From Octopus sinensis (taxonomy: Eukaryota), in NCBI RefSeq assembly GCF_006345805.1, contig NC_043018.1:21390001-21454000 (forward strand): DNA of 64,000 nucleotides, given 5' to 3'. The notes beneath the pieces were generated by a model. It ran no database searches and had not been told where the DNA came from. It was given only the letters and a program-made list of their open reading frames with translations. Shown here piece by piece: positions 63,051-64,000 of the stretch; position 1 is the stretch's first letter; every line of letters starts with the position of its first letter. Both the position numbers and the translations under genes were made by a program.

Positions 63051-64000
63051 GAGTAATAGCAATAGACAGAGTATGTTATGGTAATGATGATGGTGGCAGT
63101 GGTTGAGCTTAAGCCGTTTGTTGCCTGTTTGCATGTGTACAGTCCAAGATCCGCAAAGAGAGAGGATAACCGGAATGATTTACTGATTTTCACTTTACAT
63201 CTCATCGATTGTATTTGATGAAAGTGAATCATTCGAGCTTTTGTAGTGTTTGTTTTCTGGTTAATGCAAATCGGTTGCTAAGATGAAAATATTACCGCTG
63301 GACATTATTCCTATACGTTTTTCATTAGTTCCCGAAAGATGTTCTTATTTTCTAACTTTATGACGAGACATTCGCATCCACCAAGCGGCTAGTCTCCGCA
63401 ACAGAGCATGACTGTTGCTTCCTGCTCCATGTTAGAATATTTAGCCAGTTGTGCTTTAAGCGGGTTGCTGAAAGCAGAATCCCAGGATGGCAATGGCGTA
63501 GGTCGCAGGTCCAGGGGAGGTTGCTTTTAATGCTTGTTGCGGAATATGGACCCATGCATAATTTTCTTTTGGTATGAGACCTATACTCGGAGTACCTGTT
63601 CCTCAATTCTTTTCCAAGCTATTCCTCACCGAGTGCAGTTGCTGAAATACCTAATAGATAAAGGAAATAGGGATCCCATTAATGAAAACAGATCCGTAAT
63701 TTTCTGCTCTGTCAGTGTTGGAATGGAGAAAATATCGATTGCATGATTTTGTATGGGACGATCATATGACATAAGTCTGTCAGGTTGTACCCTCACCCTG
63801 ACCACGGCTTTCAACCGATTCTGATGAAACTTGACACACACATAGCCCAATGTCATAATTCAAAACTAACATAGCGAAAATTTTGAAAAGTTCCCCAGTT
63901 TTTGGCTATAATGTTTATTCAGGAATTAGATTCCTGTGAAATGTGAAGGTAAGGCTGTTCTTGGATATAGAAAATAGGGAAAATATTTCTGACTGTACAT

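Noticed and set aside
63330-63700. Moderately GC-rich stretch as a possible exon downstream of the 60.7-kb promoter
   Set aside because: No recognisable protein in any frame and no clear splice pair.

Overview
AT-rich animal genomic DNA with one 100-N gap (3950-4049), dense microsatellites, several tRNA-derived SINE families and many decayed retroelements. The repeat landscape looks like an octopus/cephalopod genome; this is inferred, not verified. The main result is a cluster of three small multi-exon genes, largely invisible in the ORF track. I assembled them by hand from splice signals. K1 (+): 10076-12804, with a second candidate terminal exon at 20571-20793. K2 (-): 33316-26076. K3 (+): 41817-51537. 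All share one architecture: a signal-peptide exon, a phase-1 intron, an exactly 55-nt propeptide exon, a phase-2 intron, then an exon with KR followed by an 8-Cys agatoxin-like knottin (C-C-CC-CxC-CxC). Three of the four knottin exons end in a small-residue patch plus a C-terminal hydrophobic tail that looks like a GPI-anchor signal. The fourth (K3) has a matching tail one frameshift away. The working hypothesis is a family of natural membrane-tethered, toxin-fold peptides. The rest of the window is TE remnants (CR1/L2-like, R4/Dong, RTE, L1/Tx1, Penelope-like, Ty3/Gypsy, Helitron-like, MITEs), minisatellites, two long palindromes and a CpG-rich promoter-like segment near 60.7 kb. All coordinates and translations were done by hand; no database searches were run.
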